64,000 nucleotides of DNA. It comes from Faecousia sp. (GTDB taxonomy: Bacteria > Bacillota > Clostridia > Oscillospirales > Oscillospiraceae). The stretch's first letter is position 1; every line of letters begins with the position of its first letter. The stretch is taken from assembly GCA_045604325.1 (NCBI GenBank), contig JAZUNW010000036.1, positions 2,393 through 66,392 on the forward strand, written 5' to 3'. Under the pieces are notes generated by a model that was not told the origin of the DNA, made no database searches, and saw nothing but the letters and a program-made list of their open reading frames with translations. Positions 37,399 to 45,774 of this stretch are shown here, piece by piece. The position numbers were made by a program, and so were the translations under genes.

Positions 37399-38203
37399 CG
37401 TCTACCCCCCTCGAGTCAAACAGAGAGGTCTGCCCGATCTCAAAATTGCACCACAGCACCTCTGTGCGGGGATCTGAATTCTGGTTGTAGGATTTCCGGG
37501 TGATCCGGTGCCAACCCTTCAACTCTCGATCATACATTTCCGACGGGTAGCCGCTTAGGATCACCGGTCCCTTATGTTGCAGAAGTGCGGCCAGTAAATC
37601 CACATGATCCTGCTCGGTCATTTCGTGCCGGTACTGTTTGCCGCCGCGGGTATCAAGCAGGTACGGTGGATCAGCATAGATCAGAACATTATCGAAGTTA
37701 AACCGACGAATGAGATCCAGCGCCGGCCGGTTTTCAATCTGTACCTCTTTCAGCCGTCCACCCAGTTGTTGTACCAGTTCCGGCATCTTCGCCCAGTACC
37801 TAGAGGCATAACTGCCTTGGCGGCCTGCAATGTCTATCTTAAAACCCGTCTGGGTATAGGTCTTGAAACCGTATCCCATCTTGGATCTGACAGCAAAGCG
37901 ATATGCCCTATCGAGCGGATCGTTGCCACGATTATGGTGTGCATCGTCGAACACATCTCGTGCGTAAGGCGTTAGATCTATGAGCCGTGCCAGTTCTTCT
38001 GGCTGCTCCCGGAGGATGGTGAAGAAATTGACAATATCACCGTCAATATCATTCACCGTTTCGATGGCCGAAGGCGGTTTGTTAAACAGCACCGCACCAC
38101 TGCCGAAGAACGGCTCCAGGTATGACCGGTGAGGTGGCATCAAAGCAACAATTTCTTCTGCCATACCCCACTTTGCCCCGGGATAATTCAGCAGGGCATT
38201 CAC
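37388..38203 (-). CDS. DNA adenine methyltransferase (Dam/D12 class)
   Basis: YPGAKW, YLEPFFGSGAV, NDIDGD and YADPPY motifs; GTG start at 38203. Confidence 0.93.
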   Translation of the reverse strand: MNALLNYPGAKWGMAEEIVALMPPHRSYLEPFFGSGAVLFNKPPSAIETVNDIDGDIVNFFTILREQPEELARLIDLTPYARDVFDDAHHNRGNDPLDRAYRFAVRSKMGYGFKTYTQTGFKIDIAGRQGSYASRYWAKMPELVQQLGGRLKEVQIENRPALDLIRRFNFDNVLIYADPPYLLDTRGGKQYRHEMTEQDHVDLLAALLQHKGPVILSGYPSEMYDRELKGWHRITRKSYNQNSDPRTEVLWCNFEIGQTSLFDSRGVDGVV

Positions 38204-38529
38204 AGCCCCACCTTCTTTCTTGCAAGCTCCATACGGGCATCCCACCAGCGCAGGTATGCCCTGCAGGGTGTCTCGCAATTTTTCACCGTACACCTTGCGC
38301 AAGGGCCATCTTGCAAGTACTTGCGAATGATGTCCGGGTGCTCGTAGCGGAACATTTCCTTGGGTTTCTTTTCCTCGGCATATAGTTCGGCTTTTGCCCG
38401 TCTCAGCAGCCAGCATAACCTGGTACGATAGGCGTTGCAGGTATAAAATGCCGAAGATAATCCGGCGGAGCAGTTTATGTTCTGACACTTATCACAAGGG
38501 CTTGGGTATCTATTCGTTGCCAAATGCAC
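38200..38529 (-). CDS. Cys-rich hypothetical phage protein
   Basis: Two PCxxC...C.AY repeats; coupled to both neighbours. Confidence 0.7.
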   Translation of the reverse strand: MHLATNRYPSPCDKCQNINCSAGLSSAFYTCNAYRTRLCWLLRRAKAELYAEEKKPKEMFRYEHPDIIRKYLQDGPCARCTVKNCETPCRAYLRWWDARMELARKKVGL

Positions 38530-39220
38530 CAGCCTCCTTGTCTAAATTCTCTTCCATCAACTGCGCAATAGCCCTGCGCTCGTCTTCGTCCAGCTGGCGC
38601 TTGCCGGAAGCATCTTTTTTGCATGCCTGCTGTGGGGGGCTCTTCCAGTGTTCCTCAGAAAGGAATTTCGCCGCACGGGGTATAAAGCGCCCGCCATTCT
38701 CCGTCCATTGCTCTGCTTTTTTCCACAGTTCAAGTGATGCCATAATGCGGTAGATGACCTGCTCGGTGGGGTTCAGTGCTTTCCACGCATCCCACGCCGC
38801 ACTTCTTCCAATTTTGGAGGGGTAGACCTCCCAAAAGGCAGTAAAGGCTTTTCCGGAGTTGGGCACGGGGGCGCTCTTTCCGTCATCTTCCTTTTCTTTC
38901 TCCCCCTCTATCTCTATCTCTTTCTCCTTCTCTTTCTCCTTCTCTTTCTCCTTTTCGCTGTCTTTCGCTTGTCTTTGCTCTGTCTTTGCGTTATCTTTGC
39001 CCGGTGTTCCTGCCATCCCACCGGCAGCTTTACGCCGTGCTGTATCCAACGTTGGCCGTATCAATGTAAATACCGCCTTGGCTGTTCCTGTTAAGTTTGG
39101 CTCTTCTTCATCGAGAGCATAGCCACAGATGGCAAGGATCACAGCCGCCCGGTCTTTCTTGGGAAGTTCCCGGACGGCATCATAATAGGAACTGTAGAAG
39201 GTAAATTGCTTTCTCTTCAA
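38510..39220 (-). CDS. Phage replication initiator (DUF6291-like N-terminus)
   Basis: FTFYSSYYDA..AICGYAL N-terminal domain, KEKE linker, FTAFWEVYPSK...FIPRAAKFL C-terminal domain. Confidence 0.8.
   Translation of the reverse strand: MKRKQFTFYSSYYDAVRELPKKDRAAVILAICGYALDEEEPNLTGTAKAVFTLIRPTLDTARRKAAGGMAGTPGKDNAKTEQRQAKDSEKEKEKEKEKEKEIEIEGEKEKEDDGKSAPVPNSGKAFTAFWEVYPSKIGRSAAWDAWKALNPTEQVIYRIMASLELWKKAEQWTENGGRFIPRAAKFLSEEHWKSPPQQACKKDASGKRQLDEDERRAIAQLMEENLDKEAGAFGNE
38951..39000. repeat. Iteron-like repeats inside the initiator gene (candidate phage ori)
   Basis: Minus strand gcaaagataac gcaaagacaga gcaaagacaa gcgaaagaca gcgaaaag, followed by a purine-only tract. Confidence 0.5.
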
Positions 39221-39235
39221 TTCCCGTCACCCCTG

Positions 39236-39925
39236 TCATTGCGCATCCAAGGTGACGACAGTCTGCGGTGCAGTTTCCGCGTCATAGCCACGCACATCCT
39301 GGATCTCTTCAATGGTGTGGATGCCAAGCAGATATTCAGAACAATGGGCACGGGCAAAGAAAGCCGCTGCACGGTACATTAACATCTGCGTGGGCATTGT
39401 CTTCCATTTGGAGCCGGGCTTACCAAGCCATCCTTCGTCCGCAGCCATCTTCATTGTGATGGTGTCGGACACACACCGACTGCCAGTGCTGAGCCGCATA
39501 GCGGATGCATAGCAGCCGTAGGAAGGTGTCCCCGCTTCTCCCACAAAGGTGTATTCCAGCGGCGTAAACTTGCCGCTGCCGTTGACAGCTGCGGCACAGA
39601 AAGAGCCACTCCACGCAGGCTTTCCTTTCACGATGTAAAGGTTTTGCATAACCGCCAACGGTGAAATTCCCAAGCGGTTGCCAAGGTCAATGGCAACGAT
39701 GCAATTCTCTGGGGAATTACGATATGTATCCGGCACAAGCCCGGATTTTGCCACCATGGCTGCAAACTTGTATGTCAAATTCATCATGTTGCGGTCGTTC
39801 CACATGGTAGTCATGCCCGGTGTCTGCTGCACCGGTGCAAGGTTTAGCTGCTCCTTTTCTCCCTCCGGTACCACCGTAGGGATAGGCGGTGCAGATTCGC
39901 TGATGATCGTCTTTTGTTCAGACAT
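39236..39925 (-). CDS. RecT-like ssDNA-annealing recombinase
   Basis: SGLVPDTY..PENCIVA..LGISPLAVMQNLYIVKGKP and W..MP.QML.YRA motifs. Confidence 0.8.
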   Translation of the reverse strand: MSEQKTIISESAPPIPTVVPEGEKEQLNLAPVQQTPGMTTMWNDRNMMNLTYKFAAMVAKSGLVPDTYRNSPENCIVAIDLGNRLGISPLAVMQNLYIVKGKPAWSGSFCAAAVNGSGKFTPLEYTFVGEAGTPSYGCYASAMRLSTGSRCVSDTITMKMAADEGWLGKPGSKWKTMPTQMLMYRAAAFFARAHCSEYLLGIHTIEEIQDVRGYDAETAPQTVVTLDAQ

Positions 39926-40517
39926 AATTTCCTCCTTTTCTTCTGCGCTTCATAAGAGCGCCGTGCAATGTGATGAGTGCCCTTGGAAGCGCCTCATCGA
40001 ATTCGATCGTAATAAGCCGGTACTTGCCGGTGCGCTGCAAATGCAGAATGCACAGCCTGTCTACACGGTAGCCTCTTGCGGCCAGCATCAACCTGTAGAG
40101 GTTCAGCTGCGCCCGGCACAAAGGCTTGTAAACGGTGTATGTGGTCTTGATATCTACCAGGGTCAACAGCCCGTCCACCGCTCCGTAGCGGTCTATGGTG
40201 CCGGCATAGCGGTATGTTGGGTGATGCAGCGGTTTTTCTGACAGTTGCCAGCAAACACTGTGTTCCTGCAGGAATGCCTTATAGGCCTGCATATAGGGAA
40301 GGTATTCTTCCGCGATATCGCAGCGCCCAGTTTCGTCCATGGCCTGCGTGGCGGCATGTACCGCCGTTCCACGCAATGCTGCGTTTTCCATCTGCCATAC
40401 GGGGACATCCTTGTATATTTCCCTATGCAGGAAACGGCATAGATCTGAAACACACGGCAGCCTAACCCCAGCCAGCAAGTAGACATGGTCCTTCTCCCGA
40501 AAAACAAGGTCAGCCAT
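39918..40517 (-). CDS. PD-(D/E)XK exonuclease (recombinase partner)
   Basis: RGTAVH, YAGTIDR, LVDIKT and QLNLY motifs. Confidence 0.85.
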   Translation of the reverse strand: MADLVFREKDHVYLLAGVRLPCVSDLCRFLHREIYKDVPVWQMENAALRGTAVHAATQAMDETGRCDIAEEYLPYMQAYKAFLQEHSVCWQLSEKPLHHPTYRYAGTIDRYGAVDGLLTLVDIKTTYTVYKPLCRAQLNLYRLMLAARGYRVDRLCILHLQRTGKYRLITIEFDEALPRALITLHGALMKRRRKGGNYV

Positions 40518-40522
40518 ATGTA

Positions 40523-40753
40523 CTAACCCTCTATGTCCAGGTCATCAGCCCATACGGTATGCCGCTTTATGCAGCGCTCACAGCCGTAGCCGGCGATGCC
40601 GAAGGGCTCCAGGTCAATACACTCCTCTGTCATGATCCGCTCTCCGCAGCTTGGACAAACAGGACGGCGCATCATCCTTGCCGTGTATGCCAGATCCCGG
40701 GCATCTGCCTGCCGATCAGCCTCATAGCAATCGGGAATTTTAACCGGTGCCAT
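40523..40753 (-). CDS. Small zinc-ribbon hypothetical protein
   Basis: RPVCPSCGERI...CERC. Confidence 0.7.
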   Translation of the reverse strand: MAPVKIPDCYEADRQADARDLAYTARMMRRPVCPSCGERIMTEECIDLEPFGIAGYGCERCIKRHTVWADDLDIEG

Positions 40754-40913
40754 CTTCAGCCTCCAGAATGGACGCCTTGATCTTGATTACTTGATCGCCG
40801 CATGCCGCTGTGATCTCAATGTCGTCAGAGTAGTTCTTCATCTTGGCATCGGTAATCTCGGCTTCATCAGCCAGAAGTACCAAGAGTTTTTGAAACAAAT
40901 CGTATCTATCCAC
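40740..40913 (-). CDS. Hypothetical protein
   Basis: GTG start with AAGGAG RBS. Confidence 0.55.
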   Translation of the reverse strand: MDRYDLFQKLLVLLADEAEITDAKMKNYSDDIEITAACGDQVIKIKASILEAEDGTG

Positions 40914-40930
40914 GTTTTTTCTCCTTTCTA

Positions 40931-41027
40931 TTGACAAAAGTAATTTGGTTTGGTATTTTGGTAGTGATGTTTATTCATCTGCGCCGCTTTCCGTGTTCGC
41001 ACCACGGGAGGCGGCATCTTCTTTTTC
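40931..41027 (+). ncRNA. Putative antisense sRNA unit (promoter, ~60-nt RNA, terminator)
   Basis: TTGACA-17-TATTTT, then gccgctttccgtg-ttcgcac-cacgggaggcggc and a T-tract. Confidence 0.45.
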
Positions 41028-41096
41028 TGTGCAGTTGCACCGTTCGCCAGGATCAAGGTTGCTGCCGCAATACGGGCAGGTGTGGTGCATCGCCAT
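40971..41096 (-). CDS. Small Cys-rich phage protein (41 aa)
   Basis: Not in the ORF track. MAMHHTCPYCGSNLDPGERCNC..., GGAGG RBS. Confidence 0.7.
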   Translation of the reverse strand: MAMHHTCPYCGSNLDPGERCNCTEKEDAASRGANTESGADE

Positions 41097-41108
41097 ATCC
41101 TTCACCTC

Positions 41109-41330
41109 CTAACCCGTCGCATTGACAAATCCCAGTATCAGAACGATGACCACCAGCCCCAGTGCCACCGCAAGGCGCAGCAACGCGGTTGCTGCTCTGG
41201 ATATGTAAGCTCTCTTCTGAACCCGTAGCTGCCTTGCTTGCTTCGCCGCCCTGGACTTCGCCAGCAGCTGCTCCTGTCGCTCATGGGGCGCGTTAACCAT
41301 ATCGATTACCTGCTTATCTGCAGAACTCAT
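41109..41330 (-). CDS. Hypothetical protein with C-terminal TM helix
   Basis: ORF with AAGGAGG RBS in the early operon. Confidence 0.65.
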   Translation of the reverse strand: MSSADKQVIDMVNAPHERQEQLLAKSRAAKQARQLRVQKRAYISRAATALLRLAVALGLVVIVLILGFVNATG

Positions 41331-41354
41331 TGCATAATTCCTCCTTCAAATTCG

Positions 41355-41555
41355 TTATCCGCACATGTACCGCGCCAAAGCTGCTTTGCTAAGCCGGCAA
41401 TTGACGAACATTACGCCCAAGTGCCGAATAACGGTATCTCGCTTCTTATAGCCGGTCACCTGCATGACCTCATCTATGCTCAGCATGTCATGATCCGGGT
41501 AACGCGAATTAAGTATTTCCAGATTAGCCCGGTAGTCCGGGTGTTCTCTTGCCAT
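41355..41555 (-). CDS. Small DNA-binding protein, excisionase-like
   Basis: MLSIDEVMQVTG HTH-like motif; early-operon position. Confidence 0.6.
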   Translation of the reverse strand: MAREHPDYRANLEILNSRYPDHDMLSIDEVMQVTGYKKRDTVIRHLGVMFVNCRLSKAALARYMCG

Positions 41556-41687
41556 ATGTAAGCTCCTTTCCGTCCACTTTGTTGGACTATTTCACTGTTA
41601 TTCTGTGGGTGCATCGATGGTATCTCGCCATCACTCTTGCTCTTTCTTCCTTGGTCTGATAAAATCAAACCGAAGGGAGGTGAAATC

Positions 41688-42116
41688 ATGGATTGGAAAA
41701 CTATCATTTCATCTGCAGTTATCAGCACTATAATCACCGTTATAGGAAGCGTTATCGTAGCCCATATTTCCCGCAAGACTGCCGTTGAAACAGCTAAAGA
41801 AACCGCGAACCATGAATTGGAAAAACTTGAGCGCACATGGGATCACGATGATATTGTTTCCTCAGATGATGAATTTGCAGAAATGGCTGCTCTCATCAGC
41901 AAGTTCGTCTGTTACGCAACCGGCGCATGGAATATCGATGCCCTCAGTAAAGTAGCTGAAGTCCGATCTCGGGAAAGCGGCACCCTTGGAGACATATTGG
42001 ACTCACTTTATATCTCTATCGAAAATCGCCAATACCAAGAAACAGATGTGCTTCTGACCAAAGCCATTGATGAAAAGCGCAGATTGAAACAAGGCCGCAA
42101 TAATTCTGCTACATAA
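41688..42116 (+). CDS. Membrane-anchored moron protein with its own promoter
   Basis: TTGCTC-17-TAAAAT (41637-41665), GGAGG RBS, N-terminal TM helix; antisense to the early operon. Confidence 0.7.
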   Translation: MDWKTIISSAVISTIITVIGSVIVAHISRKTAVETAKETANHELEKLERTWDHDDIVSSDDEFAEMAALISKFVCYATGAWNIDALSKVAEVRSRESGTLGDILDSLYISIENRQYQETDVLLTKAIDEKRRLKQGRNNSAT

Positions 42117-42312
42117 CCTTCGGTGTACGCAGAATCGCCGCATACAGTCTATCAAGCGATACCTCTAAAAGATCAGCCAAACGAATAGTTGAAAAAGCAT
42201 CCGGTGTCTCACCACAAACCCAGGCCATAACCTGCATTTTATCGGTCTCCATTTTCTCGGCAATCTCCGAAACTGTGCTGCCATGGGAAGCAATCAGTTC
42301 TCCAAGTGACAT
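42109..42312 (-). CDS. XRE-family HTH protein
   Basis: VSEIAEKM..QVMAWVCGETP..RLADLLEVSLD. Confidence 0.7.
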   Translation of the reverse strand: MSLGELIASHGSTVSEIAEKMETDKMQVMAWVCGETPDAFSTIRLADLLEVSLDRLYAAILRTPKVM

Positions 42313-42325
42313 TACTGTTCCTCCT

Positions 42326-42547
42326 TCATTCTGTAGTAGCGTCGGGGATATCCAGAATCTCACGGATTGCTCTAACTACCTTGGGTGCATTACGCTCCCC
42401 GGTAAGAATTTTGTGCATATAGCCACTGTCCATAAACAGTCCGGTCTTTGCAGTAATCTCTTGGATCAACCAGTCTTGGCTCTGTTCCAAATCCACAAGT
42501 TTCTTTTTTACCGTTTTACCAAATGCAGTAAGTGCAACGCATTTCAC
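42326..42547 (-). CDS. Cro-like XRE regulator
   Basis: FGKTVKKKL..SQDWL..YMHKILTG; first gene of the leftward early operon. Confidence 0.75.
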   Translation of the reverse strand: MKCVALTAFGKTVKKKLVDLEQSQDWLIQEITAKTGLFMDSGYMHKILTGERNAPKVVRAIREILDIPDATTE

Positions 42548-42598
42548 CTCTGCGACCCTCCTTTCTTATAATTGAATAACTATGGCTCCCATGGATAA

Positions 42599-42980
42599 CC
42601 GACCCTTGAAATAGCCCCGCAATTGTGGTATCCTCAAAATGCTGTATGATGCGCGTCAAGCAGCAAGTCTAAGGCGAAAGGAGTGATGCCACATGAAGAA
42701 ACTCACCGATTGGATCGTTGAGAAGATCCTTCCGGCACTCATGCCGATTCGCCGTGTCTCCGGCTGACATCCGTCCGTAACCAAACGGGATGAACAACGC
42801 CGACATGATGCAGCGGCGGGTGCAGAATGCCGAAGTGCGTCAGCTATGCGGTAAAACAGGGGTTGGAGCCTGCCCGGCCCCGGTATACCAACGGGAATAA
42901 TCCGGGCCGCATAGAGAGGCTGAAATCTGCGGGGAGCCGTCCGTGTCCAACCACGGGCGGTTTTCTATTTCAGGGGTCGG
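42599..42980 (+). other. Inverted-repeat-bounded cassette: promoter, 24-aa sORF (42693-42767), structured RNA, terminator
   Basis: 16-bp inverted repeats (15/16) at 42599-42614 and 42965-42980; TTGAAA-17-TATCCT; AAGGAG RBS; several nested stems. Confidence 0.55.
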
Positions 42981-43007
42981 CGGAGTACAGAACATGCCCT
43001 GTACCCC

Positions 43008-43138
43008 TTGACAAGTACGCATATTAGTACTATAATGAATGTGCCAGCAACCATCATAGTACGCCTCCGCGTTCTTTCTGCGTTAAGTATAGTACGCATT
43101 TGCGTTCTTGTCAAGCGCTAATGCGGATTTTGCGTACT
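43008..43138. promoter_or_regulatory. Lysis/lysogeny switch: face-to-face promoters and four operators
   Basis: TTGACA-17-TATAAT (+, 43008-43036); TTGACA-17-TATACT (-, 43114-43086); AGTACGC-N4-GCGTWCT-like sites at 43014, 43058, 43091 and 43121. Confidence 0.8.
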
Positions 43139-43171
43139 TTTGTCGAGTTGCACAAAAACGGAGGGACGCAT

Positions 43172-43534
43172 ATGTGTACTTTTTACGAACGTGTTATCGA
43201 ACTCAGTGCGCAGAAAGGGGTTTCGGGAAGCCGTGTATGCTTGGAACTTGGATTAAGCAAAAGCACCCTATCTGACATAAAGGCCGGCAGGAAGAAAGGG
43301 GTATCGGCAGAGACTGCTCAAAAATTTGCAAACTACTTCGGCGTTACTGTCGGTTATCTGTTAGGCGAAGAAGAAAAAGATAAGCCCCTCATCAACGAAG
43401 ATGAGGAGCTAACTGAGTATGTGGAAATGTTGAAGAATAGACCGGAGTGTCGGATGCTGTTCCAGCTGTCCAAGAATGCCACCAAGGAGGATGTTGAGGC
43501 CGCTGTGCGGATCATCGAGGCGCTTCGGAAGTAA
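43172..43534 (+). CDS. CI-like XRE repressor
   Basis: N-terminal HTH (VCLELGLSKSTLSDIKAG..ANYFGVTVGYLLG); divergent from cro. Confidence 0.88.
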   Translation: MCTFYERVIELSAQKGVSGSRVCLELGLSKSTLSDIKAGRKKGVSAETAQKFANYFGVTVGYLLGEEEKDKPLINEDEELTEYVEMLKNRPECRMLFQLSKNATKEDVEAAVRIIEALRK

Positions 43535-43558
43535 TTTACGAAGTGAGGCGATTAAACT

Positions 43559-43774
43559 GTGGGCAACAACATCTTTGTGCGCAGCGTTCCCTTGCCGGAA
43601 GCGGTCAGGGCTGTTGTGCTGCCGAATGACGACGGCACTTTCGATATTTATATCAATTCAACTTTGCCGGAAGAGCTGCAGCAACGAGCCTTAGATCACG
43701 AGCTGGAGCACATCCGCAGAGATCACTTTTACAACGATGACCCGGTCTGGCTCAATGAGCTGGAGGCGGGGTAG
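43559..43774 (+). CDS. Short ImmA-like metallopeptidase
   Basis: IYINS.L...ALDHELEHI motif; directly after the repressor. Confidence 0.75.
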   Translation: MGNNIFVRSVPLPEAVRAVVLPNDDGTFDIYINSTLPEELQQRALDHELEHIRRDHFYNDDPVWLNELEAG

Positions 43775-43789
43775 GAAAAGAAATGGAGA

Positions 43790-44473
43790 GTGGGTATGCT
43801 CATTTATGATTTCGCTAAAATCACTTCCCGATTGGTAGCTGTTGTCGCTCTTTTTATGGTCGTAGGGTATATTTGGACTGCAATCCGGGATGCATTCAAG
43901 AGAAAAAAGACCAGCCCTTCTGAATGGTTTGAAAACATAAAACTGGACATGCAACGCAACGGCAATCAACGCAAATGGGCCTTAGTCCTTGCTTTTTCTT
44001 TTGTTGCATATCTGCTGACCGATTCCGCTATACACCAACTTGTTGGCATACACAATCTAGAGATTACACCAAACGGCACATATTGTTTCTATGTTGAGGC
44101 GAGCAGATCGAAAGGAAAAACATATACATTGCCGGCCCAAATTAGGGTGGACACAGACTATTATGATGTCAGCCCTGACAAGACCGAAGTGCGTAAAAAA
44201 TACTATGTTGAAAAAGTATTCTTTTCAAACGGCGGTTGGTTGGACTTTGTGAATCAAGAACCCGTTGACATCGGCAAATCAGCTTGGTTTTATGAGGATG
44301 AAGAAGAGTGGTCTATAAAATTGCTTAACGAGCACGCATATTCTCCTTTTGTGATTGAAACAAGCAACGCTGAAGCAACTGATTTTTTGCGATTGTTTGC
44401 CGAAACAGCACCAATTTTGTTTTTATTGCTCGCCTGCCTTTTCCCGTCAAAAAGTACTTGTCGAGAAGAATAA
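43790..44473 (+). CDS. Membrane protein of the lysogeny module
   Basis: Three hydrophobic segments; located between ImmA and integrase, a position typical of superinfection-exclusion or cargo genes. Confidence 0.65.
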   Translation: MGMLIYDFAKITSRLVAVVALFMVVGYIWTAIRDAFKRKKTSPSEWFENIKLDMQRNGNQRKWALVLAFSFVAYLLTDSAIHQLVGIHNLEITPNGTYCFYVEASRSKGKTYTLPAQIRVDTDYYDVSPDKTEVRKKYYVEKVFFSNGGWLDFVNQEPVDIGKSAWFYEDEEEWSIKLLNEHAYSPFVIETSNAEATDFLRLFAETAPILFLLLACLFPSKSTCREE

Positions 44474-44582
44474 AAACGCCCCCGACCTGCGCCAACAGAT
44501 CGAGGGCTTGCAGAAAACCACCATACATCACTATAGGGGAAGTCTGCCATTTTAGGGTAACACACCCGGGAAGGATTGTCAA

Positions 44583-45722
44583 ATGGCAAAAAAGATTAAC
44601 TATGCTGCCATGTTCACCCTCCGCAAGGATGGGCGCTATCAGGGCAGCTACACGGACGAAACCGGGCGGCATTATGTCTATGATCGAGACCCGGAAAGGC
44701 TTTGGCATAAGCTGAACGACCCAAAAGAAGAAGAGCCGATCCTGTTCCGTGATATTGCCGAAGCATGGCAAAAGGACGCATGGGAGAAGATACGGGACGG
44801 TACAAAATCTTGCTACGACGCTCCATGTCAACGAGCGATTGACCGATTCGGAGATCGTGAAACCGCAGATATTGAGCCGCATGAAATATCCACTCACTTA
44901 CAGATACTAAAGGCGCAGGGATTATCTGCCAGCACAATTAAGAAGCAGAAGGTCGTGTACAAGCAGATCTTCCAGCATGCGATCATGGATAAAGTCTTCG
45001 GCAGGGAGATCCGGCACAACCCAGTGTTGAATGTGAAGCTACCGGACGGACTTCCGAAGCCAAAGCAAAGAGAAGCCCCGGAGGACGAGATCGTTAAAAG
45101 AATCCGACAGAATGCCGATACCGCCTATTTCGGTATGTTTGCATTCTTCCTGATATGCACAGGTTTCCGAAGAGGTGAAGCTCTTGCCATACAGTGGAAG
45201 GATATTGACTTTTCCAAAGGCTCCATAGCCTGCGATAAGGCAATAACACATAGAACCGGCACCGCAAAAACAGCACCACTAAAGACAGATAACAGTTATC
45301 GTGCTGTTCCTCTGCTCCCGGCCCTCATCGACAAACTGGAGCGCCCCGATGGCGCAAAGGATAGCGATTATGTGTTCTTTGGTTCTGACCCTGCCAAGCC
45401 TATGCCACAAAGCACATACAATCGGAGATGGCTGCACTATTGCAAGGACATGGGTTTCGTCACAGATGAGCCGGAAACCAGAACCAGCAAGCAAGGAAAA
45501 ACCTATGTGGTGCATAATTATAAGCCTACCCTGACCGCCCACGATTTTCGCCACGGTTATGCAACCATGCTGTTCGAAGCAGAGGTCGATGTTTACACTG
45601 CCCAGAAACTGCTTGGACACGCAGACATTGAAACCACTATGGCGATCTATACACATCTCCGTGCAAAGAAAAAACAAGAGTCCATTGAAAAGCTAAAAGC
45701 CTACTCGCAAACCGCTATATGA
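44583..45722 (+). CDS. Tyrosine integrase
   Basis: RKDGRY N-terminus; TGFRRGEALA, HDFRHGYAT and LGHADIETTMAIYTH catalytic motifs. Confidence 0.96.
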   Translation: MAKKINYAAMFTLRKDGRYQGSYTDETGRHYVYDRDPERLWHKLNDPKEEEPILFRDIAEAWQKDAWEKIRDGTKSCYDAPCQRAIDRFGDRETADIEPHEISTHLQILKAQGLSASTIKKQKVVYKQIFQHAIMDKVFGREIRHNPVLNVKLPDGLPKPKQREAPEDEIVKRIRQNADTAYFGMFAFFLICTGFRRGEALAIQWKDIDFSKGSIACDKAITHRTGTAKTAPLKTDNSYRAVPLLPALIDKLERPDGAKDSDYVFFGSDPAKPMPQSTYNRRWLHYCKDMGFVTDEPETRTSKQGKTYVVHNYKPTLTAHDFRHGYATMLFEAEVDVYTAQKLLGHADIETTMAIYTHLRAKKKQESIEKLKAYSQTAI

Positions 45723-45774
45723 TGTCAGAAATGATGTCACAATCCGAAAAACCGTTGTAAATACTGGACTTTTT

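Noticed and set aside
37388..38488. 366-aa methylase with a long N-terminal extension
   Set aside because: The extension overlaps the coupled gene 38200-38529; the RBS and motif position support the GTG start at 38203
38885..38955. Purine/pyrimidine tract as a phase-variable microsatellite
   Set aside because: In-frame KEKE linker typical of phage replication initiators
42765..42855. Selenocysteine or stop read-through of the sORF TGA followed by a hairpin
   Set aside because: The read-through peptide has no recognisable motif and there is no supporting context
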